Assembly: GCA_964016885.1 (NCBI GenBank)
Contig: OZ024757.1
Location: 19,158,001 to 19,222,000 of the forward strand
Direction of reading: 5' to 3'
DNA: 64,000 nt
Source of the DNA: Eledone cirrhosa
Taxonomy: Eukaryota
The position numbers were made by a program, and so were the translations under genes. Below, in pieces: positions 39,237 through 53,102 of this stretch; within the stretch, counting starts at the first letter, position 1; every line of letters starts with the position of its first letter. The notes below the pieces were generated by a model. That model worked only from the letters and a program-made list of their open reading frames with translations, was not told the origin of the DNA and searched no databases.

Positions 39237-39520
39237 TGTAAGGCTATACATTTCAGACAACACTAAGAGAATTTTAAAATTGACTGTCCAACTGCACGTG
39301 GGAGAGAGAAGTCACAGCGTGTTTAAGGGCAGTGAACCAGTGGCCTCTGAGAGACGAACTGCTAGAAAGGGCAGCCCAAAGCCACTCAGAGAAGTGTGCT
39401 CAACCAAACAGAGTTAGAAAAGACTGTTATTAGGAGCGAAATATCACGATAAATTAACGGAGGCATAGGCTCCCGAGGGCCTATGCCTCCGTTAATTTAT
39501 CGTGATATATATATATATAT

Positions 39521-39569
<49 letters not shown>

Positions 39570-39607
39570 TATATGTATATATATATATACATATATATAT
39601 GTATATA

Positions 39608-39674
<67 letters not shown>

Positions 39675-39675
39675 G

Positions 39676-39750
<75 letters not shown>

Positions 39751-39769
39751 GTATATGTATATATATATG

Positions 39770-39913
<144 letters not shown>

Positions 39914-39937
39914 TGCCTGTGTATATATTATATTTTT

Positions 39938-39987
<50 letters not shown>

Positions 39988-40013
39988 ATATGAGTGTTTT
40001 TGTGTGTCTGGGC

Positions 40014-40046
<33 letters not shown>

Positions 40047-40102
40047 TATATACACACCTATATGAGTGCTTTTGTATATCTGTGTGCATATATATATATA
40101 TA

Positions 40103-40143
<41 letters not shown>

Positions 40144-40362
40144 CGTGGCTACCGTCTATATATATATCCTGGACCAGGCGATGCGTTATGTCCTTGGGCA
40201 AGACACTTTATTTCACGTTGCTCCTTCTACCTGGAGTTGCGACCGATAGATAGTATTAGCAATTGGAAAGACCAACGGAAACATTGTTCCCTCGGTCCGA
40301 TTTGACGAAAGTCGATCGACTCCTATATATATATATATATGCCTGTGTATATATTATATTTT

Positions 40363-40393
<31 letters not shown>

Positions 40394-40490
40394 CTATATG
40401 AGTGTTTTTGTGTGTCTGGGCATATATATATATATATATATACACACACATATATACACACCTATATGAGTGCTTTTGTATATCTGTGTG

Positions 40491-40567
<77 letters not shown>

Positions 40568-40689
40568 TCATACAGAGAGAAAGAGAGATGTGAATAGACA
40601 TACATGTAGACAATACAATATATATACATGTTGTTGATTCATATTAGTTAGTATCATCATCATCATCATCATCATCATCATAATTATCA

Positions 40690-40880
40690 TTGGATTGGCA
40701 TAATCGGTAGAGGGTCGGACACCATGCTTTGCATCATAGAGTTACGTCCCTTAATGTTGAGAGTTCAAATTCCGCCGAGGTTAACTTTTGTCTTTCATCC
40801 TTTCGGGGGATTGATGATATAAAGTACCAGTAATACACTGGAATAATTGCTGGCCTTGTGCCAAAAGTAGAAACAATTAT
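40690..40880 (+). mobile_element. SINE family B copy
   Basis: Matches 17126-17311. Confidence 0.85.
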
Positions 40881-40883
40881 CGC

Positions 40884-41670
40884 TTGTCGTCCTATGGTCA
40901 AGAGGTCAGCTCTGGCCACTGTCCACTACATTTTCCATTCATTGCAGCTTTTATTATCACTTGTTGTTCTAATGTCAAGTGGTCAGCTCCGGCCACAAAC
41001 CACTCCTTCTTCAACCCTTTGCAACTTTGTTTAGCAGAGTGGTCAGCTCTGGCCACTGTCCACTACTTCTTCCACCTATTGCAGGTTCTATTATCACTTG
41101 TTGTCCTATGGTCAAGTGGTCAGCTCCAGCCACAAACCACTACTTCCACCCTTTGCAACTTTGTTTACCAGAGTGGTCAGCTCTGGCCACTGTCCACTAC
41201 TTCTTCCACCTATTGCAGGTTCTATTATCACTTGTTGTCCTATGGTCAAGTGGTCAGCTCCAGCCACAAACCACTACTTCCACCCTTTGCAACTTTGTTT
41301 ACCAGAGTGGTCAGCTCTGGCCACTGTCCACTACTTCTTCCACCTATTGCAGGTTCTATTATCACTTGTTGTCCTATGGTCAAGTGGTCAGCTCCAGCCA
41401 CAAACCACTACTTCCACCCTTTGCAACTTTGTTTACCAGAGTGGTCAGCTCTGGCCACTGTCCACTACTTCTTCCACCTATTGCAGGTTCTATTATCACT
41501 TGTTGTCCTATGGTCAAGTGGTCAGCTCTGGCCACAAACCACTACTTCCACCCTTTACAACTTTGTTTACCAGAGTGGTCAGCTCTGGCCACTGTCCACT
41601 ACTTCTTCCACCTATTGCAGGTTCTATTATCACTTGTTGTCCTATGGTCAAGTGGTCAGCTCCGGCCACA
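40884..41670. repeat. 134-bp tandem repeat (about 6 copies) built from two related subunits
   Basis: GCAGGTTC recurs at 41081, 41215 and 41349. GTGGTCAGCTC..GCCAC occurs twice per unit. Confidence 0.95.
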
Positions 41671-41929
41671 GTCCATGTTATTGTTATTAAACATATTACA
41701 ACATTTTAGCTCAACACTCAGTGTATCTTTTGGTCTTAATTACTCGCTAATAACTGTTATTGCTTCTGCCTCGTTAGCTTCCTAATTAATAAAGATTAAA
41801 TTAATGTTAGCCACTAGGAAATAAAATTGTCCTCGTTAGTTTCACACTACTGTAATTAGTTCCTAATGAGTAGCTCCTTTGGAGAGTATCACTGGTTTGT
41901 TTTGTTTAATTATTGTTCAGTCAAGAAGG

Positions 41930-42515
41930 GAAGGGCCAAGTCTCATGACCCCTTTTTTAGGTCCTCTGTAACTGTTGGGAGGGTGGGCCAGGGTTCATGG
42001 CCCCTTTTTAGGTCCTCTGAGACTGTTGGGAGGGTGGGCCAGGGCTCATGGCCCCTTTCGGGTCCTCTGTAACTGTTGGGAGGGTGTGCCAGGGCTCATG
42101 GCCCCTTTTAGGTCCTCTGAAACTATTAGGAGGGTGGGCTAGCACTCATGACCCCTTTCAAGTCCTCTGTAACTGTTGGGAGGGTGGGCCAGTGCTCATG
42201 GCCCCTTTTCAGGCCCTCTCACACTATTGGGGGGGGGGGAAGGGCTCATGACCCCTTTTCAGGCCCTCTGAGACTGTTGGGGAGGGTGGGCCAGCACTCA
42301 TGTCCCCTTTCAGGCCCTCTGTAACTGTTAGGAGGGTGGGCTAGCACTCATGGCCACCTTTCAGGCCCTCTGAAACTGTTGGGGAGGGTGGGCCAGAACT
42401 CATGACCCCTTTTCAGGCCTTCTGAGACTATTGGTGGGGGGAAGGGCTCATGACCCTTTTCAGGCCCTCTGAAACTGTTGGGAAGGAGCTGCAATACCCT
42501 TCACCCCTTTTCAGG
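41930..42515. repeat. GC-rich diverged tandem repeat of about 50 bp, about 11 copies
   Basis: Unit ACTGTTGGGAGGGTGGGCCAGGGCTCATGGCCCCTTTTCAGGTCCTCTG.. Confidence 0.9.
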
Positions 42516-42706
42516 TTTGAACTCTGGATGCAAAGAGCCCAAACAAATACCACAAGGTACCTCATATGTTGCTATAACAATCCCACCAATCCACATTCAT
42601 AAAACACCAATATGTGGCCTGTTGTTATGATAAACATACTTTGATAAACTTCCTTCATTATCATTCTAACCTCATTGGTGTATATGTGTGTGTATTTACA
42701 TGAATG

Positions 42707-42754
<48 letters not shown>

Positions 42755-42826
42755 TATATATATATAATGAAGGCATAACAAATCATCCTTTTTATTATTA
42801 TTATTATTATTATTACTATTATTATT

Positions 42827-43030
42827 AGGGCGGTGGATTGGCAGTATTGGTAGAGGGTCGGACGCCATGCTTTGACGCATAGAGTTACTGTCCTTGCCAT
42901 TCTGAGTTCAAATCCCGCCGAGGTTCACTTTGCCTTTCATCCTTACGGGGTCGATAAAATAAAGTACCAGTAATACACTGGGGGTAATTGCTGGCCTTGT
43001 GCCAAAAGTAGAAACAATTATTATTATTAT
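42827..43030 (+). mobile_element. SINE family B copy
   Basis: Matches 17126-17311. Confidence 0.88.
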
Positions 43031-43109
43031 TTTCCGTCATTATTGTTTCTGAGATATATGCCGAGTGTCTTCCTGACACCTAGGGCTATTATTATCATTA
43101 TTATTATTA

Positions 43110-43810
43110 TGCACAGAACGACGAAACCGTTCTGCACGCACTTGTCCAATGTCCGTGCATTACTGACTTGTGGAGTTATGTCGAACAGCTACTGTTGCGT
43201 GTGGAACGAATCCGGTTATTGGCCGAGTCCATAGTGAAGATCGAGCCGCCACCTTCCTTAGGTCAGGAAGAGCAGGACATTTTCCTCTGTCTGGTGGCAG
43301 TTGCGAAAGAGATTATATGGTGGACCAGGTTGAAAGGACTAAAGACAGACACTTTTCTCTTCGGCCAATCCCTCATCAACTTCTTCAAGTTTCACCTGGA
43401 AAGGAGGGTGAGGGTGGAGAGAGAAGTGCTGCCCTCCAGTACATTTGCTAAAAGGTGGGTGAATGTGGCGAGAATGGCTCGTGTAAATGGGCCTACTCTG
43501 ACCATGCGCCTATAGGCTGGCTAACTTGAGGAGAGGGGTGCTCTCCCTGGGTGCCCTAGAAGTGCAGGGTGGTTCAAGATTGGTGGGGTACCCGAGTCAC
43601 CCCAGGGTCGTCCACCCCCTATCGGGGAATTTATTTTGTTATATTTATGCATAGTTTATTTTATATTTTTATATTTTCATTGTTAAATTAGTCTTGCCAT
43701 TGTGCACTTTTACTCGACCTTATTGTAAACCCCCCACTGTCCCTGTCTTTGTATTGTCCCCTATATGTCGGCCCTTGTGGCTAATAAATGAAATCATTAT
43801 TATTATTATT
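43110..43810 (+). mobile_element. L1/Tx1-group LINE 3' fragment (zinc-knuckle C-terminus plus 3' UTR)
   Basis: DETVLHALVQCPCITDLWSYV...AKEIIWWTR...FAKRW, typical of the post-RT CCHC region. Ends AATAAA plus (ATT)n. Confidence 0.7.
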
Positions 43811-44436
43811 AAAGGGCGGTGAATTGGCAGTATCGGTAGAGGGTTGGACGCCATGCTTTCTAGCATAGTTACGTCCCTTTACAGTCTGAGTTCAAATCCC
43901 GCCGAGGTTAACTTTGCCTTCATCATCATCATCATCATCATCGTTTAACGACCATCTTCCACGCTTGCATGGGTCTGGACTGGAGTTTTCCCACTTGAGG
44001 CAAGATTGGTTGTCTTGCTCGTATAGGACTGTCTGGCGGGGTTTTCTACGGCTGGATGCCCTTCCTAACACCAACCACGTTTACAGTGTGGAACTGGGAG
44101 GTTTTTACTGTGTTGCCTACACGGCCACATTACAGCGTGGACTGTGTGTTTTTTTTTTTGTCGCGACACCTACACGACCTCATTTGTTTCGGACTGGATG
44201 TTGTGGTACCAACATAACTTTACATTGAAAGGGGTGGTGTGGATGGGGTTGGGGTAGTGGGACGGGGGTTTATTTTTGTTAGAGGTGCCTACTGACTGTA
44301 GGTTTCGCTTTGTACTTAGGCAAGGCGGGTCTTCTGTATTACTGCGTAGCGTCAAAGATCTCGGACCAGTGATATTGTCTTGGAGAGGTGTAAGTGTGTG
44401 AGGTCGGAATTAATATATATATATATATATATATAT

Positions 44437-44832
44437 GGAGAGAAATGAGGCAAGCATGCTCCATTGGATGTGCAGTGTAAATGTGCGTGAACGACCCAGC
44501 ATAAATGTGTTGAGAGAGAAACTGTGTCAGAGAGGGATAGAATGTAGTGTACGGGAGAGGAGACTGAGGTGGTATGGACATGTGATGCGCATGGAGGATG
44601 ACCGATGGGTGAAGAAGTGCCAGGAATTGCCAGTTGAAGGAAGACGTGGTAGAGGTAGACCACGAAAAACATGGGCGGAGGTGGTGAGAACAGACCTCAG
44701 ATCATTGAAGCTCACGGTGGAGATGACGAGGAACCGTGACGAGTGGAGAGATGCTGTGCTGAATAAGACCCGTCCCACCCTTGCAAGCAGGGAAAAGCGG
44801 ACGTAAAATGATGATGATGATGATGATGATGA
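44437..44832 (+). mobile_element. RTE LINE 3' fragment
   Basis: LRWYGHVMRM...GRGRPRKTW...TRPTLASREKRT* plus (GAT)n. Near-identical to 5725-6292. Confidence 0.9.
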
Positions 44833-44844
44833 TATATATATATA

Positions 44845-45060
44845 TAATTAGAAAGTGAACAACACAAAATATAACTACTCCATTACCAAAGGTTTCTGGA
44901 TCACAAGCGATAATATATGTCTGGATTGGTCATCAGACAGAGATGTTACATACAGGTAACATCTCTGTCTGATGACCAATCCAGACATATATTATCGCTT
45001 GTGATCCAGAAACCTTTGGTAATGGAGTAGTTATATTTTGTGTTGTTCACTTTCTAATTA
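44845..45060. mobile_element. Perfect fold-back palindrome (105-bp arms, 6-nt loop) with a hammerhead motif on each strand, flanked by (TA)n
   Basis: Plus strand 44963-45027: ctctgt CTGATGA ccaatc...gatcca GAAACC ttt GGTA atggag. Confidence 0.8.
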
Positions 45061-45065
45061 TATAT

Positions 45066-45096
<31 letters not shown>

Positions 45097-45229
45097 CACA
45101 AAAGTTCTATTTAAAATTGTTGGGATACAACAAGTAAATATTTTTATAACTGATATAAAACACTCGACAAGTATTTGGAGTAGATATACGATATTAATAA
45201 ATGGAAACTATATTTATAAAACCATATTT

Positions 45230-45292
45230 ATTTCATTATACATATTTCAGGGATACCAAATTAAATCATGGTATGCCTTCATCAGACAAAAT
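45230..45292 (-). ncRNA. Type I hammerhead ribozyme motif
   Basis: Minus strand: attttgt CTGATGA aggcatacca tgatttaatt tggtatccct GAAA tatgta TA atgaaat. TACTC...TCGAGTGTT lies downstream. Confidence 0.75.
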
Positions 45293-45399
45293 ACAATATA
45301 TAACAGTTTTACAAATAAGCTTTGACGTACCCTATCCAGATGGCTTCCAAAAATAATGGTTGTATTTTAAAAGTGTACGTCAAAGCTTATTTGTAAAAC

Positions 45400-46180
45400 T
45401 GCAGGAAAAATGCAGGTTTTCACCTAATGCGGGCCCTAGGGGATCAAGAAAATGAACTTTTTTTATGTGCATAATATGCCTTGAAATTTCAGGAAAATCG
45501 GCAAGACGTAACGCCTCCAAAAAGCCTTAAGAAGCTGAAAAAATGAAGTTTTTCACCTAATGCGGGCCCTAGGCCATAAGAAAGTTGGATTTTCTTTTCT
45601 TACGGTATGAAGAAGAGACTGACTAATACATAGTTACAATTTAAAGGAAATCGGTCTGACGTAACGCCTCAAAAAACCCCTAAATATCTTTAAAAACGCA
45701 GTTTTTCACCTAATGCGGGCCCTAGGAGATTAAAAAAAGTTGAATTTGTTTATGTGCATACCACTCCCTGAAAGATAAGTAATATATATGTAAAGTTTGA
45801 AAAAAATCGGTTGGGTACTTCTCGAGTTTTAGGGATTCAAACTCTCTCACACACACACACACACAGACAGACATCCTCAGGGAAGTGACGTAATGGAGAC
45901 AGCCAGACATACAGACAGATATTATAAGGGCGCAACGTTATAAGTATGTATCTATCTAAAAAGAGAAAGACTAAGAATTATAGAGTGAGATCGCTAAATC
46001 GCCTAATGCGGTCCCTGGGGCATAGAAAATTTGAAATTTTCTTTGCTCAGAACACTCCCTGAAACATAAGTATTAGATATGTAAAGTTTGAAAACAGTCG
46101 GTTGGGTGGTTCTCGAGATTTAGGGATTCGAACTCACACACACACAGACAGACATCCTCAGTTTTATATATATATATAGA
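45400..46180. mobile_element. Unclassified interspersed repeat with internal subrepeats (possibly Helitron/Helentron-associated)
   Basis: Four copies of CCTAATGCGG(G/T)CCCT(A/G)GG and two of GGGATTC.AACTC..(CA)n-CAGACAGACATCCTCAG; ends TTTTATATATATATAGAT. Confidence 0.4.
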
Positions 46181-46403
46181 TAATCATTTTAATAATTCAA
46201 TATCCGCTTTCCTTGCTAGCCAGGAAATATTTTTATAGAGAGAAATATATATTTGTCTATATAGATGTGTGTGAGTGTTTGTATATATATATATATATAT
46301 ATATATACACCCATATATACATATATATATATACATATATACACACATACACACATATATATATATATTTTATATTTATATATATATATACATATATAAA
46401 TAA

Positions 46404-46494
<91 letters not shown>

Positions 46495-46784
46495 GATAGG
46501 TCATAATTAAACTAGTTTAATGGCTTTTTTTCTCACTATACACAATGCGCCATGTGAATAGTTGCAGGTGTTAACTAACAATGAACAGGTAAACACATTT
46601 GAGCTTAGGACATGCTTTGTAGTATTTCCTCCAGTTTTACTACTTTCTGAGTTCAAGTCCTGCCAAGGTTAATTTAATCTTTCATTTCTTGGATGTCACC
46701 AAATACAGTTGCCTGTGAAGGTCGTGACTTGATTGAATTGTAAGAGCATAGGACATGTTTTGAGGTATTTGATCCAACTCTACT

Positions 46785-47305
46785 GCATTCTGAGTTCAAC
46801 TACTTCCAGGATTAACTTTCTGAGTTCAACTACTTCCAGGGTTAACATTCTGAGTTCAACTACTGCCAGGGTTAACATTCTGAGTTCAAAGACTTCCAGG
46901 GTTAACTTTCTGAGTTCAAAGACTTCCAGGGTTAACATTCTGAGTTCAAAGACTTCCAGGGTTATCTTTCTGAGTTCAAAGACTTCCAGGGTTAACATTC
47001 TGAGTTCAACTACTGCCAGGGTTAACTTTCTGAGTTCAAAGACTTCCAGGATTAACTTTCTGAGTTCAAAGACTTCCAGGGTTAACTTTCTGAGTTCAAC
47101 TACTGCCAGGGTTAACTTTCTGAGCTCAAAGACTTCCAGGGTTAACTTTCTGAGTTCAACTACTGCCAGGGTTAACTTTCTGAGTTCAACTACTGCCAGG
47201 GTTAACTTTCTGAGTTCAACTACTTCCAGGGTTAACTTTCTGAGTTCAACTCCTGCCAGGGTTAACTTTCTGAGTTCAACTCCTGCCAGGGTTAACATTC
47301 TGAGT
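46785..47305 (+). repeat. 30-bp tandem repeat (about 17 copies) derived from the SINE-B B-box region
   Basis: Unit TCTGAGTTCAACTACTGCCAGGGTTAACTT versus SINE B TCTGAGTTCAAATCCCGCCGAGGTTAACTT. Followed by a SINE B copy at 47305-47500. Confidence 0.85.
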
Positions 47306-47759
47306 ATCGGTAGAGCGTCAGATATTATGCTTTGTGGCATATAGTTACATCCATTTATGTTCTGAGTTCAGATCCTACAGAAGTTAACTTTGCCTTTCAT
47401 CCTTACCAAGTTGATAAAATAAAGTACCAGTAATACACTGGGGTTGATTTAATCGACTTTCCCCCTCCCCTCAAAATTGCCTAAGGTAGAAACAATTATT
47501 ATTATTATTAATTATCACAGTAAAAAGCACCCAGTACTCACTGTAAACAAAGTTGGTGTTAGGAAGAGCATCCAGCTGTAGAAACCAAGCCAAAATCAGT
47601 TCTGTGTGAGCAAGATATGGTCACCTGACCGAGCATTGCCCACAACAGGACAATCTGTCTAACCCATGCTAGCATGGAAGAATGGGCATACAACTGTGAT
47701 GATGATCATCATTTTTTAATGCTTATTTTTTAGTTTTCTGTCACTCAAAAAATCCAGTC

Positions 47760-48706
47760 CTGTACAGTACAGTACTATACTATACTGTACAGTACAGTAC
47801 AATACTATACTATACTATACTGTACAGTACAATATTGTACAGTACTGTACTGTACAATACTATACTATAGTGTACAGTACAGTACTATATTATACTGTAC
47901 AGTACAGTACAATACTATACTATACTGTACAGTATAGTACTATATTTTACAGTACTGTACTGTACAATACTATACTGTACAGTACAGTACAATACTATAC
48001 TATACTATACTATACTGTACAGTACAGTACAATATTGTACAGTACTGTACTGTACAATACTATACTATAGTGTACAGTACAGTACTATATTATACTGTAC
48101 AGTACAGTACAATACTATACTATACTGTACAGTACAGTACTATATTTTACAGTACTGTACTGTACAATACTATACTGTACAGTACAGTACTATATTATAC
48201 TGTACAGTACAGTACAATACTATACTATACTGTACAGTACAGTACAATATGTTACAGTACTGTACAATACTATACTATACTGTACAGTACAGTACTATAT
48301 TATTCTGTACAGTACAATACTATACTATACTATACAGTACTGTACTGTCCTGTACTGTACTTTACAGTACAGTACTGTACTGTACAGTACAATACTGTAC
48401 AGTACAGTACAGTACAATACTATACTGTACAGTACAGTACAGTACTGTACAGGACAGGACAGGACAGTACAGTACAGTACAGTACAGTACAATACTTTAC
48501 AGTACAGTACAATACTATACTGTACAGTACAATACAGTACAGTACTGTACAGTACAGTACAATACAATACTTTACAGTACAGTACTTTACTGTACAGTAC
48601 ATTACTGTACAGTACAATACTTTACAGTACTTTACTGTACAGTACAGTACTTTACAGTACAGGACAGTACAGTACAATACTGTCCTGTTTTGTACTGTAC
48701 AGTACC
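47760..48706. repeat. Pentamer satellite (TACAG/TACTG/TACTA)n
   Basis: Direct reading. Confidence 0.95.
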
Positions 48707-49090
48707 ATCCTTATTGTTTACTTAACGTAAGCTCTGTGTGGTGGCTAATGAAGAAACAATTATTATCATTATTATGACATTTTAACTTAGTGAAAGGAGG
48801 AGGAGGAGAGTGGGGGGGGCTAGATGAGGAGGAGGAAGGTAGGGGCTGATGGGGGTATGAGGAGGGAGGAAGGGCTGCTACACCTTTTGACCTTATAAAA
48901 GTGGGACATCTGAGATTGGTTGGAAGGAACCAAGAATTGAAGGGAGAAGACTTGGGTTGGTCTGAATATTTTGTTACAAGAGTGGACAGCAGGGAGACAG
49001 GGCCCTGACCTCTGTATATCTAGCAGATAACTTTCTCTAACCGCCACCGCCACCATCATCATCATCATCATCACACAGAGACATATACAA

Positions 49091-49121
<31 letters not shown>

Positions 49122-49905
49122 CATACACATACACACACTTACACATGCATACAAACACACACACACACATATACACATAAACCAAAAACAAATACACACA
49201 TGCATACACACAAACATACAAACACATACACACACACACACACACGCATACACACACATGCAATCAAACACACATACACACGCATACCCACATGCACACA
49301 CACATACATACACACTCACACACATACACACATACATACATGAACACAAACACATACACACACACATACATACACACATACACACACACACACACATCAC
49401 ATCTTTCTAATCAATCCACATGTATTTTTATTTATGTATCTATCTATCTATCTAATTAGTCCATGCCCCACCACCACCCCATCTCATCGATCCGGGGGGG
49501 GGGGGGCGAACCCCACCCCCTTAGTTTGTTAATGGTGTGAGCCTGACCCTGTAAAATCATTGAGGCATTCAATCAATCAGACTCCCTCCCCTCGACACCC
49601 CAGCACCCCACACTACCCCAGCACCCCACACTACCCCACCACTACACACCGACCCCACCACCACACACCAACCCCCCCCCCCGGGATTTCCTGATCAAAT
49701 TTATAGCAAATAAGGAAGACAACTGCAAGATTGTCTCAGCTCCCAGCCCCCCACCCCCATCCCCTATGTTCCTTACAATTAGTGTGTGTGTGTGTGCACA
49801 CGTGCGCACGTAATATATAAGTATATATATATGTATATGTATATATATATGTATATATATATATATGTATATATGTATATATATATACACACAAGTATAT
49901 ATATG

Positions 49906-49953
<48 letters not shown>

Positions 49954-50137
49954 CACACAAGTATATATACATATATATGATATATATATATATACACACA
50001 AGTATATATACATATATATGTATATATATATATATATATATACACACAAGTATATATATGTATATATATATATATACACACAAGTATATATACATACATA
50101 TATATGTATATATATATATACACACAAGTATATATAC

Positions 50138-50170
<33 letters not shown>

Positions 50171-50469
50171 AGTATATATACATATATATGATGTATATAT
50201 ATATATATCATCATCATCGTTTAATGACTATTTTCCACAGTGTGCATGCGTGCGTGAGTGAGTGAGTGTGTGTGTGTCTGTGTGTGTATACAGACACACG
50301 TGTGTGTGTGTGTGGGGGGGGGGTATACACACAGACACACGTGTGACAGTGTTATCAGCTGCTGTCCTCTACATGACACACTGTCAAGTGACAAGCTAAG
50401 AAAATCTATTTACATTTTCCCTGTTTCACACAACTCAGTTGACACTGAGGTGGCTGTGATGATTGTGGA

Positions 50470-52218
50470 TCACCATCACAACACCACCGCATGTCTCACA
50501 ACACCATCACATGTAACACAACACCACCATGTCTCACAACACTACCACATGTCTCACAACACCATCACATGTAACACAACACCAACACAGTTCACATCAC
50601 CACATGCCTCACAACACCACAACACACCTCACAACATCACCATGTCTCTCAACTCAACCACATGCCTCACAACACCATCACATGTAACACAACAGCAACA
50701 CAGTTCACATCACCACATGCCTCACAACACCACAACACACCTCACCATGTCTCACAACTCAACCACATGCCTCACAACACCACAACACACCTCACAACAT
50801 CAACACACAGCCAACAACACCACCATGTCTCACAACACCACCACATGCCTCAACACCATCACATGTAACACAACACCAACACAGTTCACATCACCACATG
50901 CCTCACAACACCACAACACAGCTCACAACATCAACACAGCCTACAACACAACCACATGCCTCACAACACCATCACATGTAACACAACACCAACACAGTTC
51001 ACATCACCACATGCCTCACAACACCACAACACACCTCACAACATCACCATGTCTCACAACTCAACCACATGCCTCACAACACCATCACATGTAACACAAC
51101 ACCAACACAATTCACATCACCACATGCCTCACAACACCACAACACACCTCACAACATCAACACACAGCCTACAACACCACCACATGTCTCACAACACAAC
51201 CACATGCCTCACAACACCATCACATGTAACACAACACCAATACAGTTCACATCACCACATGCCTCACAACACCACAACACACCTCACATCACCACATGCC
51301 TCACAACACCACAACACACCTCACAACATCAACACACAGCCAACAACACCACCATGTCTCACAACACCACCACATGCCTCACAACACCATCACATGTAAC
51401 ACAACACCAACACAGTTCACATCACCACATGCCTCACAACACCACAACACAGCTCACAACATCAACACACAGCCTACAACACCACCATGTCTCACAATAC
51501 CACCACATGTCTTACAACACCATCACATGTCACACAACACCAACACAGTTCACATCACCACATGCCTCACAACACCACAACACAGCTCACAACATCAACA
51601 CACAGCCTACAACACCACCATGTCTCACAACACAACCACATGCCTCACAACACCACAACACAGCTCACAACATCAACACACAGCCTACAACACCACCACA
51701 TGTCTCACAACACCATCACATGTAGCACAACACCAACACAGTTCACATCACCACAACACAGCTCACAACATCAACACACAGCCTACAACACCACCACATG
51801 TCTCACAACACAACCACATCTCACAACACCACAACATACCTCACAACACCATCGCATAGCTCACACCACAACATGCCTCCCAACACCATCACATGTCGCA
51901 CAACACCAGCAAACCTCACAACACCAACATACACCACACAACACCATCACCATCAACACTACCACCACCACCACCCCTACAACCACCACTACCACCCCAC
52001 TACAGTCAATGGAAACCTATTGTCTCCACCCACATAATCACAACCCCCACCCCCCACTCCACACACACACACCTCACAATACCTCCCCCACTCATCTCTT
52101 TCACTCTCTCTCCCCCTCCACCCCCACCACCACACACACACAGTATCACAGACTCCCCCCCCACTTCCTTCTAGCTAAACACAGCTGACTGTAGCTCAGT
52201 ATCACCCCCACCCACACC

Positions 52219-52257
<39 letters not shown>

Positions 52258-52895
52258 CCCACCCCCAACTCCTTGGAAACGACAGTAGTTTTCTTACTCC
52301 TCTTCCCACCCCCCACACAGCTGATTGTAGCTCCCCCCACCCACCCCCGACACACACGCACCACTAACTGACAGTACCTCTTCCCCCACCCCCAAATCTT
52401 CTTCCACACCACTATTATCACTACCACCCCCACTACCACTACCACCACCACCATTGCTATTACCATTATCACCACCACTACTACCATCAGTACCACTACC
52501 ACTACCACCACTGCCACTACCATTATCACCACCACTACTACCATCGGTACCACCACCACTACCACTACCATCACCACTACCACTCGCACCACCGCCACTA
52601 CCATTATCACCACCACTACTACGACCACCACCACTACCACTACCACCACTACCATTATCACCACCACTACTACCATCAGTACCACCACCACTACCACTAC
52701 CATCACCACTACCATTATCACCACCACTACTACCATCAGTACCACCGCCAGTACCACAACCACCACTGCCACTACCATTATCACCACCACTACTACCATC
52801 GGTACCACCACCACTACCACTACCATCACCACTCCCACTCGCACCACCGCCACTACCATTATCACCACCACTACTACCACCACCACCACTGTTGT
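50470..52895. repeat. CA-rich higher-order minisatellite and (CAC/CTAC)n fields
   Basis: Direct reading. Confidence 0.9.
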
Positions 52896-53065
52896 TCAAC
52901 TAGAAGATTCGCAAGTTATCACAATAACAAAAGAACAAGGGAAACAGGACACACACACACTGCCATACACATACATATACACACACAGCCATACAGTCAC
53001 ACACACACACATGTGCACACAACAGATGCATACATAATACATATAATACAGTTACATACATACAC

Positions 53066-53099
<34 letters not shown>

Positions 53100-53102
53100 C
53101 AC

